Below, piece by piece: positions 11,163-20,136 of a stretch of DNA of 64,000 nt (positions within the stretch are counted from its first letter, which is position 1; the number at the start of each line of letters is the position of its first letter). A model generated the notes under the pieces. The model worked only from the letters and a program-made list of their open reading frames with translations. It searched no databases and was not told the DNA's origin. The translations under genes were made by a program, and so were the position numbers. The stretch is from Candidatus Poriferihabitaceae bacterium (GTDB lineage: Bacteria > Pseudomonadota > Gammaproteobacteria > Arenicellales > Poriferihabitantaceae): NCBI GenBank assembly GCA_965262585.1, contig OZ253546.1, forward strand, positions 1,098,547 to 1,162,546, in the 5' to 3' direction.

Positions 11163-11231
11163 GTTTTTTAATGCCAAGCCACGGCGAGCAGGGAATCATT
11201 TGTCGATGCCGCCGCAAGGTATAATCGGCGC

Positions 11232-11852
11232 ATGACCGACACCGCCCAATCCCCCCACACGGTATGGCATCACGCCACGGTCACCCGCCGCCGCCGGGAG
11301 CAACAAAACGGCCATCGCGGCGTTATTTTATGGTTCACCGGCCTCTCCGGCAGCGGTAAATCCACCCTCGCCCACGCCGTCGAAGAAGAACTGCACCGGC
11401 GCGGCTGTCGCACCTTCGTCTGCGATGGCGACAACGTGCGCCACGGCTTGTGCGGCGACCTCGGCTTCTCCGAAGAAGACCGCACCGAGAACATCCGGCG
11501 CATCGGCCAGATGGCAAAATTGTTTGTCGAAGGCGGCATGGTGGCACTCACCGCATTCATCTCGCCGTTCCGTGCCGACCGCCGGCGAGTGCGGATGATG
11601 ATGGACGACGCCGAAGATTTCATCGAAGTGTTCTGTGATTGCCCGCTGGAAATTTGCGAACAACGAGATGTAAAAGGCCTCTACCGCCGCGCCCGAAAAG
11701 GCGAAATTCCCCATTACACCGGCATCTCCTCCCCCTACGAAACCCCAGAAAACGCCGACCTCGTAGTCAAAACCGGAGAAACAACCGTGGCGCAATGCGT
11801 ACGGCAAGTGATGACCCTACTGGAAACCCGCGACATAATTTCGGCGAAGTAG
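11232..11852 (+). CDS. cysC: Adenylyl-sulfate (APS) kinase
   Basis: P-loop [14 protein letters not shown] plus a conserved APS kinase core ([10 protein letters not shown]-like: [17 protein letters not shown]). Confidence 0.92.
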   Translation: MTDTAQSPHTVWHHATVTRRRREQQNGHRGVILWFTGLSGSGKSTLAHAVEEELHRRGCRTFVCDGDNVRHGLCGDLGFSEEDRTENIRRIGQMAKLFVEGGMVALTAFISPFRADRRRVRMMMDDAEDFIEVFCDCPLEICEQRDVKGLYRRARKGEIPHYTGISSPYETPENADLVVKTGETTVAQCVRQVMTLLETRDIISAK

Positions 11853-11908
11853 CGCGCCAGAAGGAGCGGCTGCGGCGTTTGATAAGTAAGTAACGCTGAA
11901 ATATGGGC

Positions 11909-11938
11909 AAAAAAAACGGCGTGGCGGAGAGCCACGCC
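11909..11938 (-). terminator. Rho-independent terminator (read on the minus strand)
   Basis: Stem GGCGTGGC / GCCACGCC with a 5-nt loop, followed on the minus strand by a run of 8 T. It lies downstream of the minus-strand ferredoxin/glc genes. Confidence 0.55.
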
Positions 11939-12170
11939 TAAACCACCATAAGGAGGATGGAGGAAAAGCGTTGGACTATTGCGGGTGAACCCGAGTCCGT
12001 AATTCTTGCTGTTCGGCGGGCGAATTATCTGGTGAACGATTGTCGAAAGTCAATTAATCTTACGCAAAAACTAATAAATAATCGGCAAAATTGATATATC
12101 TGTGTTTTGAAGCAGGCAATAAACGCAAACCGCAAACTGTTTGGCCATTCGCCGGGGGTGTTAAAGCGGA

Positions 12171-12485
12171 TCAGATTCGCAGTCTTTCGACGATTTGGCC
12201 TTTGAGAAGATGTTGGTCGACGATCTCGTCTATGTCTTCACGGTCGACATAACTGTACCAAACCCCTTCCGGGTAGACCACCACCACCGGACCTTCTTCG
12301 CAACGATCCAAGCATCCGCATTGATTGACCCGCACCATGCCGCGGCCATAGCGTCCGGCTGCTTTCATTCGTTGTTTCGCATAATCCCGGAAACCGGCGG
12401 CGTCATGGTCGGCGCAACAACGCCGGCCGTCTTCTCGTTGATTGACGCAAAAGAAAATATGACGCTGGTAGTGTGGTTCGCTCAT
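12171..12485 (-). CDS. Thioredoxin-like [2Fe-2S] ferredoxin
   Basis: 104 aa. Contains HIFFCVNQR...RCCA...GCLDRCEEGPVVVVYPEGVWY, typical of the small (2Fe-2S) ferredoxin-like family. Confidence 0.75.
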   Translation of the reverse strand: MSEPHYQRHIFFCVNQREDGRRCCADHDAAGFRDYAKQRMKAAGRYGRGMVRVNQCGCLDRCEEGPVVVVYPEGVWYSYVDREDIDEIVDQHLLKGQIVERLRI

Positions 12486-12572
12486 CGCATGGAGTCAGTG
12501 TTGGAGTCGGTATCGGAATCAAATGTCGGAGTCGGGCATTGTAGCACCGCCACAACCCCGGGGGGACGGGAA

Positions 12573-13790
12573 CTACAATAGCAATTCGATCCAATGCACC
12601 ACCGGAATGGCGGCGCCTTCGCCCACCTGCAACTGACAGCCGATATTGGCGGTGCATATTACCTCAGGCTCGGCGGCGGCAAGCGCAGATTGCTTGGCGC
12701 GCCGCAGTTGCGCGGAAATCTTTGGTTGCAGAATCGAATAAGTGCCCGCCGAGCCGCAACACAAATGCGCATCGCGCACCTCGCACAAGGTATGGCCGGC
12801 GCGCCGCAGCAACGCCTCGACGCTACCACTGATTCGCAAGCCGTGTTGCAACGTGCAGGGCGGATGGAAGGCGACCTTTTTTTGGGTTGACGGCACATAA
12901 CCGACCGGCAACTCGCGCGCCACCACTTCGCATAAATCCACCGTCATTGCGCTGATGCGCAGAGCCTTTTCGCGGTATTCGGCATCGTCTTCGAACAGTC
13001 GCGGATAGTCTTTCAGCGTAACCCCGCAACCGCTTGCGGTCATGACGATGGCCTCAACCCCTTGTTCCAGATGGGGCATCCAGCGGTCGATCAACTTCCG
13101 CGCCGCCGCTTTGCCTTCGGTTTCCCCGCAAGTGTGCAAACCCACGCCGCCGCAGCAACCGGCGTCGGCCACTTCGAACAGCGTGATGCCGAGCCGGTCG
13201 AGGACGATGGCAGCCGCCAGATTGGTGTTGGGAGCAACCACCGATTGAACGCAACCGGCAAGCACAATCATCCGCCGCCGATGGCTATGTTGGGGGCTAC
13301 TTTGCGGCCAGTTCATGGGCAACGGCACCACCCGCTTCGGCACCTTGTCGGCTAATGCTCTCGGCAACACCACCCGCATCCGGCGACCAAGCCCCAGCAG
13401 TTGCGCAAACAGGCGGCGATGGGTAAATATCTGCGCGATTATTCGCCGCCAGATGCGCCCGACAACGGAGCGCGGAAATTTTTCATCGAGGATGATTTTG
13501 CTGGTTTCCAAAAGCACCCCGTAGCGCACCCCTGACGGGCAAGCCGGTTCGCAAGCGCGACACAGCAGGCAGCGGTCGAGATGGAGTCGCATGTCGCCGC
13601 TCGCTTGCCCCTCAAAAAGTTGCTTCATCTGATAGATGCGCCCGCGCGGCCCGTCGAGTTCGTCTCCCAGCAATTCATAGGTCGGACAAGTGGCGTTACA
13701 AAAACCGCAATGCACACACTTGCGCAGGATGTCTTCGGCCAGTTGGCCTTCGGCGGTGTTTTGGAATTCAGGGCTTAGTGAAGTCTGCAT
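12573..13790 (-). CDS. glcF: Glycolate oxidase iron-sulfur subunit
   Basis: Two 4Fe-4S motifs (CVHCGFCNATCP, CLLCRACEPACP) plus CCG-domain repeats. Follows glcD and glcE. Confidence 0.87.
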   Translation of the reverse strand: MQTSLSPEFQNTAEGQLAEDILRKCVHCGFCNATCPTYELLGDELDGPRGRIYQMKQLFEGQASGDMRLHLDRCLLCRACEPACPSGVRYGVLLETSKIILDEKFPRSVVGRIWRRIIAQIFTHRRLFAQLLGLGRRMRVVLPRALADKVPKRVVPLPMNWPQSSPQHSHRRRMIVLAGCVQSVVAPNTNLAAAIVLDRLGITLFEVADAGCCGGVGLHTCGETEGKAAARKLIDRWMPHLEQGVEAIVMTASGCGVTLKDYPRLFEDDAEYREKALRISAMTVDLCEVVARELPVGYVPSTQKKVAFHPPCTLQHGLRISGSVEALLRRAGHTLCEVRDAHLCCGSAGTYSILQPKISAQLRRAKQSALAAAEPEVICTANIGCQLQVGEGAAIPVVHWIELLL

Positions 13791-14873
13791 TTAGAATTCT
13801 CCATACAATCGCCCCGGGTTAAGAATGCCCACGGGATCAAAGGCGCGTTTCAGCCGTAGGTGGAGGGTTTGCAACACCGGGGCGAGGGGTTGAAATACTT
13901 CTTCGCTTCGGCGTTCGGTCATGTGTTCGTTATGGCGAAAACAAGTAACATGGCCGCCGCTTTCGGCAACTGCTTTGCGCATGGAATCCACATCAACCTG
14001 CCCGGCAATCCAGTGTTGCGCGCCGCCCCAATCCATCAGTTGCGCAGTCCCCGGCGGCGGCTTCACTTTGCTGCCCGGAGGCACCGACACGCGCAGCAAC
14101 TGTCGTTGCGCGGTAAAAAATGGCAGTTGATGATCCCGCAACTGCTGCCAGAACTTGGGCCCGAGGGAATCCGTTTCGCCGCCGATGATCTGCGCCGCGT
14201 TTTGTATGCCCGCCGCGCTTGCCGACAGGCGGATGCGCGTTTCGCCGTCTTGCCATGCCGCCGCCGATAAAGGCAAGGGGCGCGCTGCCAGTTGGTTGCA
14301 CAAGGCCGCCGAAGCGTCCGCGGTCGGATGCTCCAGCACCAGCGTTTTTTCCCGTGGCGGTTGCGGCACGATGCGCAGGGAGACCTCCAGCAAAACGCCG
14401 AGGGTGCCCATCGCCCCGGCCATCAGTCTGGCGATGTCAAAGCCGGCGACGTTCTTCATCACCTCGCCGCCGAACTTCAAGATTTTCCCGCTGCCGTTCA
14501 GAATCTTCACCCCCAACACAAAATCCCGCACCGCGCCCGCATAGGGACGGCGTGGCCCGGCAAGCCCGGCCGCCACCGCGCCGCCGATGGTGCAAGAGTC
14601 GGAAAATCTCGGTGGCTCAAAACCCAGCATCTGGTTTTTCATGGCAAGCAATTCTTCGAGGTCGAGCATGCGAGTACCGGCGCGCGCGGTGACTACCAGT
14701 TCGGCGGGGTCGTAGTTAATTACGCCCGTGTGGGCGGCGGTGTGAAGCGCCGTGCCGCCGGTTTCGCGCCCGTAGAAAGATTTGCTCGCGCCACCGACTA
14801 TGCACAACGGCTGCGCGCCGTGCCCGGCTTCCAGCACTTGCGCTTGCAAGTCTTTTTCAATGCCGCCGGCCAC
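13791..14873 (-). CDS. glcE: Glycolate oxidase FAD-binding subunit
   Basis: FAD-binding PCMH-type domain protein positioned between glcD and glcF, abutting glcF with no gap. Confidence 0.85.
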   Translation of the reverse strand: MAGGIEKDLQAQVLEAGHGAQPLCIVGGASKSFYGRETGGTALHTAAHTGVINYDPAELVVTARAGTRMLDLEELLAMKNQMLGFEPPRFSDSCTIGGAVAAGLAGPRRPYAGAVRDFVLGVKILNGSGKILKFGGEVMKNVAGFDIARLMAGAMGTLGVLLEVSLRIVPQPPREKTLVLEHPTADASAALCNQLAARPLPLSAAAWQDGETRIRLSASAAGIQNAAQIIGGETDSLGPKFWQQLRDHQLPFFTAQRQLLRVSVPPGSKVKPPPGTAQLMDWGGAQHWIAGQVDVDSMRKAVAESGGHVTCFRHNEHMTERRSEEVFQPLAPVLQTLHLRLKRAFDPVGILNPGRLYGEF

Positions 14874-14876
14874 GCC

Positions 14877-16331
14877 CTAGAACCGCTCCAATTCGGGGAA
14901 CGGCACTTCGCCTCGGTGTACATGCATGGCGTTGTGCTCCGCGCAGCGCGCCAGAGTCGGGATGGCTTTGCCGGGGTTTAGCAAGCGGCGCGGGTCAAAG
15001 GATTCCCGCACGGCATGGAATTGCGCGCGTTCATGGTCGTTGAACTGCATGCACATTCCGCCCATTTTTTCCACGCCGACTCCGTGTTCGCCGGTGATGG
15101 TGCCGCCGACCCGGATGCACAATTCGAGAATCTGCTCGCCCAATCCCTCGGCCTTTTCCAGTTCCCCCGGTTGTCCGTTGTCGTACAAAATCAGCGGATG
15201 CAAGTTGCCGTCTCCGGCGTGGAAGACATTGGCAACCCGCAAGCCGTATTCCTTCGACAAGCGGTTGATACCGGCGAGCACCCGGCTCAGATGTTTGCGC
15301 GGGATGGTGCCGTCTATGCAATAGTAATCCGGCGAAATGCGCCCGATGGCCGGAAAGGCACTCTTGCGTCCCGACCAAAACAGTGCTCGTTCCTGTTCGT
15401 CTTTTGCCAGGCGAGTTTCCACCGCACCGTGGCGTTTCAGAAGTCGCTGCACTTCGTCGACCTGTGCCGCCACATCCGCTTCGGTGCCGTCCACTTCACA
15501 CAACAAAATCGCCGCGGCATCACGGGGATAACCGGCGTTCACAAAATCCTCGGTGGCGCGAATCGCCGGGTTGTCCATCATCTCCACGCCCGCCGGAATG
15601 ATACCGGCGGCGATGATGGCGGTAACGCTTTCGGCGGCCTTCTCCGCGCACTCAAAAACCCCCAGCATCACCCGGGCGGTATCGGGCCGGGGCAGCAGTT
15701 TGACCGTGGCTTCCACCACCACGCCGAGCATGCCTTCAGAGCCGACCATCAACGCCATCAGATCAAAACCGGGACAATCCAGAGCCGCGCCGCCGAGGGT
15801 AATCAGTTCGCCGTCCATGGTGGCGACCTTGAGGGCGGTGATATTGTGCACCGTCAAGCCATACTTCAAACAATGAACGCCGCCCGCATTTTCCGCGATG
15901 TTGCCGCCGATGGTGCAAGCAATCTGCGAGGACGGGTCGGGAGCGTAAAAAAGCCCCAGATGTTCCACCGACTGGGAAATAACCAGATTGCGGATGCCGG
16001 GCTGCACCCGGGCGGTGCGATTTACGGCATCAATCTCAAGCATCGCATTCATCTTCGCAAGGCCCAGCACGATGCCCTCGGCGTGAGGCAATGCACCGCC
16101 GGAAAGTCCGGTACCCGCGCCACGGCTAACCACCGGAACCCGCAGTTCATAACAAACCCGCAACACCTCCCGCACCTGCTCCACAGTCTCAGGCAACACC
16201 ACCAACAACGGCGGCTGACGATAGGCACTCAGGCTGTCGCATTCATAAACACGCAACGACTCCGGCCGGTCAATCACCGAAGCGCGCGGCAAGAATTTCC
16301 GAAAACGCCGACTAAGGGAATCGCGATTCAT
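14877..16331 (-). CDS. glcD: Glycolate oxidase subunit GlcD (FAD-linked oxidase)
   Basis: 484 aa. FAD-binding motif RGAGTGLSGGA and a C-terminal FAD-oxidase domain (GTITGEHGVG). Confidence 0.9.
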   Translation of the reverse strand: MNRDSLSRRFRKFLPRASVIDRPESLRVYECDSLSAYRQPPLLVVLPETVEQVREVLRVCYELRVPVVSRGAGTGLSGGALPHAEGIVLGLAKMNAMLEIDAVNRTARVQPGIRNLVISQSVEHLGLFYAPDPSSQIACTIGGNIAENAGGVHCLKYGLTVHNITALKVATMDGELITLGGAALDCPGFDLMALMVGSEGMLGVVVEATVKLLPRPDTARVMLGVFECAEKAAESVTAIIAAGIIPAGVEMMDNPAIRATEDFVNAGYPRDAAAILLCEVDGTEADVAAQVDEVQRLLKRHGAVETRLAKDEQERALFWSGRKSAFPAIGRISPDYYCIDGTIPRKHLSRVLAGINRLSKEYGLRVANVFHAGDGNLHPLILYDNGQPGELEKAEGLGEQILELCIRVGGTITGEHGVGVEKMGGMCMQFNDHERAQFHAVRESFDPRRLLNPGKAIPTLARCAEHNAMHVHRGEVPFPELERF

Positions 16332-16397
16332 TATGGTATGGATGGTATACGCAAACGGCAGATAAGAATGTCGCCATATTATAGCCGCCCACCCGCC

Positions 16398-16423
16398 GTC
16401 ATTCCCGCGAAACTGGAATCCAG
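16398..16423. repeat. REP-type element copy (GTCATTCCCGCGAAACTGGAATCCAG)
   Basis: Same core as the copies at 1151, 22.3 kb, 43421 and 56381. Confidence 0.7.
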
Positions 16424-16508
16424 TCGAACAAACCCCGGCGCAAGCCGGACATTATTAAAGACGCGGCTTGCGCCGCAGAAGTTGCACTTATGAGTTGAAT
16501 TCAAGCAA

Positions 16509-17210
16509 TCAGACGCCCGCCTTCCCCGATGGCGAAATCTCGTTGCAGGTGATTTCCAGTGTTGCCACTCCTTTTTCGCGCCAATCGTGGGATAACAGCG
16601 CATTGCGTTTGGTGGGGGCGATGGATGCTTCTAGCCAGTCGAAGGGGCCTATCGTGCGGTATTCCGGTTGTGAGTTGGCTACGATGTCTTGGGATAGGAG
16701 ATAGGCGATAAACTTTACCGCCAGTGCTTCTTGGATGAAATATCCCAGGGAAATGCGCACTTGTTCCAACTTGCCCGGCTTGATGAAATGTTCGATGCTT
16801 CGTTCATCGAGCCAGTCCATTATTGGTTGCGCTTCGGCGTGGGATTCGAAGGGGCCGAGATAGACTCGGATGGCGCGCATTTCCCGGCTTGCGCTGCGCA
16901 CCGCTTGATGGGCGAATTGCCGGGATTTCATCCATTGGTTGGCGGCTTGCCATGCGGTTGCTTCCTTGAACGGGCCGATTCGATAGCAGGAAGAATTGCC
17001 TTTTGCGGTGGTGGCCGGCGCCGTGAAATCAGCGGTGGCTTGCGCGGCGGGCGATGAGTTTGCGCCGCCGAGTTCATGCAACAACAGCATTCCCTCCCGG
17101 TTCACTTCCGGCTGCGCGAGGGGCACTTGCTCGAGGTCTTCGTTGCGCTCGTCGAGCCATAGATACAGGGCCACATTGGCGAGCAGCAACAACCCCACGC
17201 TCCACTTCAT
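16509..17210 (-). CDS. SPOR-domain (peptidoglycan-binding) membrane-anchored protein
   Basis: N-terminal TM MKWSVGLLLLANVALYLW and two SPOR-like segments (CYRIGPF...; IRVYLGPFESHAEAQ). The ATG at 17210 overlaps the coaX stop as ATGA. The Arg-rich extension in the ORF track is rejected. Confidence 0.7.
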   Translation of the reverse strand: MKWSVGLLLLANVALYLWLDERNEDLEQVPLAQPEVNREGMLLLHELGGANSSPAAQATADFTAPATTAKGNSSCYRIGPFKEATAWQAANQWMKSRQFAHQAVRSASREMRAIRVYLGPFESHAEAQPIMDWLDERSIEHFIKPGKLEQVRISLGYFIQEALAVKFIAYLLSQDIVANSQPEYRTIGPFDWLEASIAPTKRNALLSHDWREKGVATLEITCNEISPSGKAGV

Positions 17211-18028
17211 AACGCCGCCTCCCGCGCAATCACCGCCAATCCGTGAAGCACCAGTTGCGGCACGATGTTGGGCTTGATGCCGGGCGCGGTTTCGAGCAAT
17301 GGCGCGATGCGCGCGGCGTCTCCGCCGGTGGCGATGAGTTGGCAACTGGCGCCGCCCGGCAACACCGCCAGTTGTCGCGCTATGGCAAGGTTGATTCCTC
17401 CGGCCACGGCAAGCAGTGTGCCGCTGGCAACCGCTTCTTTGGTATCGGTGGCGATGGCGTTCGGCGGTGTGGTGGAATCCGCCGGGTCATCGCAAGTCGT
17501 GTCATTGACATTATTCCCGGCAATGTTCTCAGCAATATTTTGGGTTTGCACATCGAGGGCGGAGCGCATGGCGTATACGCCGGGGAAAATTACCCCGCCG
17601 TGGAAAGTACCGCCGTCGTCGAGCAAGTCCACGGTGACCGCGGTTCCGGCATCCACCACAATCACCGCTTGCCGTGGGAATAAATCCCGCGCCGCAACCA
17701 ACGCCGCCCAGCGGTCGCCGCCCAGGGAAGCGGCGTCTGAATAACCGTTGACGATGCCCGCTTGTTGTTTTTGTGCGGTGATAAAAACCGGCTGCAACGA
17801 CCAAGTTCCATGCGCGTATTCGACCACCGCCCGCCGGATTTCCGGGCGTGCCACACAACACGCCCACACTGCTTGCGGGCGATCCAATGAGTCGAGTTGC
17901 GCCGCCAGTGCGGTGTCATATACATCTGCGTCTTCATATCCGAGCACGCCCGAACACTCGGCGAGGCCGGCGGCGGTGGCGGTTGCCCATTTTAGTCGGC
18001 GGTTGCCGATGTCCATCAATAATTTCAT
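17207..18028 (-). CDS. coaX: Type III pantothenate kinase
   Basis: N-terminus LLMDIGNRRLKWA and ASKHA-fold motifs (VVDAGTAVTVD, ATGGDA). Confidence 0.9.
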   Translation of the reverse strand: MKLLMDIGNRRLKWATATAAGLAECSGVLGYEDADVYDTALAAQLDSLDRPQAVWACCVARPEIRRAVVEYAHGTWSLQPVFITAQKQQAGIVNGYSDAASLGGDRWAALVAARDLFPRQAVIVVDAGTAVTVDLLDDGGTFHGGVIFPGVYAMRSALDVQTQNIAENIAGNNVNDTTCDDPADSTTPPNAIATDTKEAVASGTLLAVAGGINLAIARQLAVLPGGASCQLIATGGDAARIAPLLETAPGIKPNIVPQLVLHGLAVIAREAAL

Positions 18029-18034
18029 GATGCG

Positions 18035-18835
18035 TTAGGGTGGTGTAAATTCACGATCAGCCAGCGGTCGTATGCGAGATTCTGCGGAGATTAGTCGTTG
18101 CCGGATTCCGTTCTGGTCGATAATCAGGGCGCCGTCTTGGTCGACCCCGCAGACGATTCCGGTGCCGGACATCACTGGCGATTCCACCGATACCGCCAAG
18201 CCTTGATGCACATTCAAGCCGTTCCATTCTTCGATGAATTGCGCGAACCCACCGTCACAAAACCGTTGCAAGTAACGGCAGTGGGAGATAATCAGAGCCG
18301 CCGCAAGCACATCGCGGTCCGGGTTATGGCCGAGGGATTTCAGGTCGGCACGGGCGATGTCGTCATCGGGCGAGGCGACGTTGATGCCCATGCCGACGAC
18401 ACAGTGGTCGCCGCGCAATTCGGTCAATACGCCGCCGAGTTTTTTGCCTTGCACCATCACATCATTGGGCCATTTCAATCCTACGGAATCAATCCCCGCG
18501 TGGCGCAGGCCGTCAACGATAGATAGCCCCGAAACCAGCGACAACCCGGCGGATGCGGCGGCGCCGAGATGCCAGCCCAGGGACAGCAGCACCGAACTGG
18601 ACCGCGATGCCCGCCACATGTGACCACGGCGACCACGGCCGGCGGTTTGCCATTCGGTGATACACACCCGGCCGTGAATGCCGTCATGATTGTCGTCATG
18701 AATGCCGCGCTGCTTCATCAGCCAACTGTTGGTGGAGTCGATCTCCTCGAACCAGTCTACCCGACCGGCGGACACCACCCCAGATTGCCCCAACAGGGCG
18801 TTGATTCGCCCGAGGTTGTGATTACCGAGACTCAT
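18035..18835 (-). CDS. birA: Biotin--[acetyl-CoA-carboxylase] ligase (no N-terminal HTH, group I)
   Basis: Motifs QTAGRGRRGHMW and KWPNDV. At 266 aa it appears too short to carry a repressor domain. Confidence 0.85.
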   Translation of the reverse strand: MSLGNHNLGRINALLGQSGVVSAGRVDWFEEIDSTNSWLMKQRGIHDDNHDGIHGRVCITEWQTAGRGRRGHMWRASRSSSVLLSLGWHLGAAASAGLSLVSGLSIVDGLRHAGIDSVGLKWPNDVMVQGKKLGGVLTELRGDHCVVGMGINVASPDDDIARADLKSLGHNPDRDVLAAALIISHCRYLQRFCDGGFAQFIEEWNGLNVHQGLAVSVESPVMSGTGIVCGVDQDGALIIDQNGIRQRLISAESRIRPLADREFTPP

Positions 18836-18993
18836 TATGATTTAGAATGCAGCGACATGTTTATTTCCAAGATAATCCGAAAAATGAAAGGTGGCGAACG
18901 ATTCGGTGAAACCCTGCCATTTTACCGAACTGCGTCCTTTACGGGCGTATCTTCACTTATGGCATTTTTATCTGGGGTTTTGAGCACTTGACT

Positions 18994-20121
18994 ATGAAGA
19001 TCCGGCGCAACCCGACCCGCGAGGTCAAAATCGGCAGCATCACCATCGGCAACGGACACCCGCTGGCGGTGCAGAGTATGTGCGCGACTCCGACCACGGA
19101 TGTGGAGGCGACCCTCGCGCAGTTGCTTTTGCTGCGCCGCGCCGGTGCCGACATCATCCGCATCGCCGCCGATAGCAAAAAGGACGCCGCCGCCTTAATT
19201 GAGTTGCGGCAGCGCACCGATGCGGTGTTGAGCGTGGATTTGCAAGAGAACTACCGCCTCGCGGAAATACTCGCGCCGCATGTGGACAAAATTCGCTACA
19301 ACCCCGGCCATCTACACCACCACGAACGCGCCAAGTCGTGGCGGGACAAGGTTGAATATCTGGCGGAGAACGCCGCCCGGCACGACTGCGCGCTCCGGGT
19401 CGGCGTCAACGCGGGCTCGGTGGATGCCGATAAACTCACGGCCGGGCGGGGCGATGATTCGGTGGCGCCGATGGTGGAGAGCGCGCTGGAGCATAGCGCG
19501 TGGCTGGACCAGTTGGGGTTCACCCGCTACTGCGTGTCGCTCAAGGATTCCGACCCGCGCAAGGTGATTGAAGCCTGCCAACTATTCGCCCAAGCGCGCC
19601 CGGAAATCCCGCTGCACCTGGGCGTCACCGAGGCTGGCATGCCGCCGGAAGGCATCGAAAAAACCCGCATCGCTTTTGAGCAGTTGGTCGGCAAGGGCAT
19701 CGGCGACACCATTCGCGTTTCATTGACCTTGCCGAGCGCGCAAAAACACCGGGAAATCAGCGCCGGGCGGGAGATTCTGGCGGACATCGCCGCCGGGCGA
19801 GTGCGCACCGTGGTGCGCTTCAATGACGACCGATTGAACCTCATCAGTTGTCCGAGTTGCTCGCGGGTGGAGAACGAGTCGTTCGTCGAGTTGGCGCAAA
19901 AGGTCAGGGAACTCACTCGCTATGCCGAAGCGCATGCCATCACCATCGCGGTGATGGGGTGTCGGGTGAACGGCCCCGGCGAGACCGACGACGCCGACCT
20001 CGGGCTGTGGTGCGGGCCTAACTATGTCAACCTGAAGAAGCGCGGCAAAAAAATTGGCGCGTTTAAATACGACCAGATTCTTGCGCGGCTCGATGAGGAA
20101 CTGCGCTCGCTAATTACCTAA
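18994..20121 (+). CDS. ispG: 4-hydroxy-3-methylbut-2-en-1-yl diphosphate synthase
   Basis: [18 protein letters not shown], and the C-terminal CPSCSR...GCRVNGPGE cluster ligands. ATG at 18994. Confidence 0.92.
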   Translation: MKIRRNPTREVKIGSITIGNGHPLAVQSMCATPTTDVEATLAQLLLLRRAGADIIRIAADSKKDAAALIELRQRTDAVLSVDLQENYRLAEILAPHVDKIRYNPGHLHHHERAKSWRDKVEYLAENAARHDCALRVGVNAGSVDADKLTAGRGDDSVAPMVESALEHSAWLDQLGFTRYCVSLKDSDPRKVIEACQLFAQARPEIPLHLGVTEAGMPPEGIEKTRIAFEQLVGKGIGDTIRVSLTLPSAQKHREISAGREILADIAAGRVRTVVRFNDDRLNLISCPSCSRVENESFVELAQKVRELTRYAEAHAITIAVMGCRVNGPGETDDADLGLWCGPNYVNLKKRGKKIGAFKYDQILARLDEELRSLIT

Positions 20122-20136
20122 AAGATGCACTGAAAT

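Noticed and set aside
12195-12581. 128-aa plus-strand ORF
   Set aside because: Antisense to the small ferredoxin gene; no motif.
15015-16493. 492-aa plus-strand ORF
   Set aside because: Antisense to glcD, with shadow-ORF composition and no recognisable domain.
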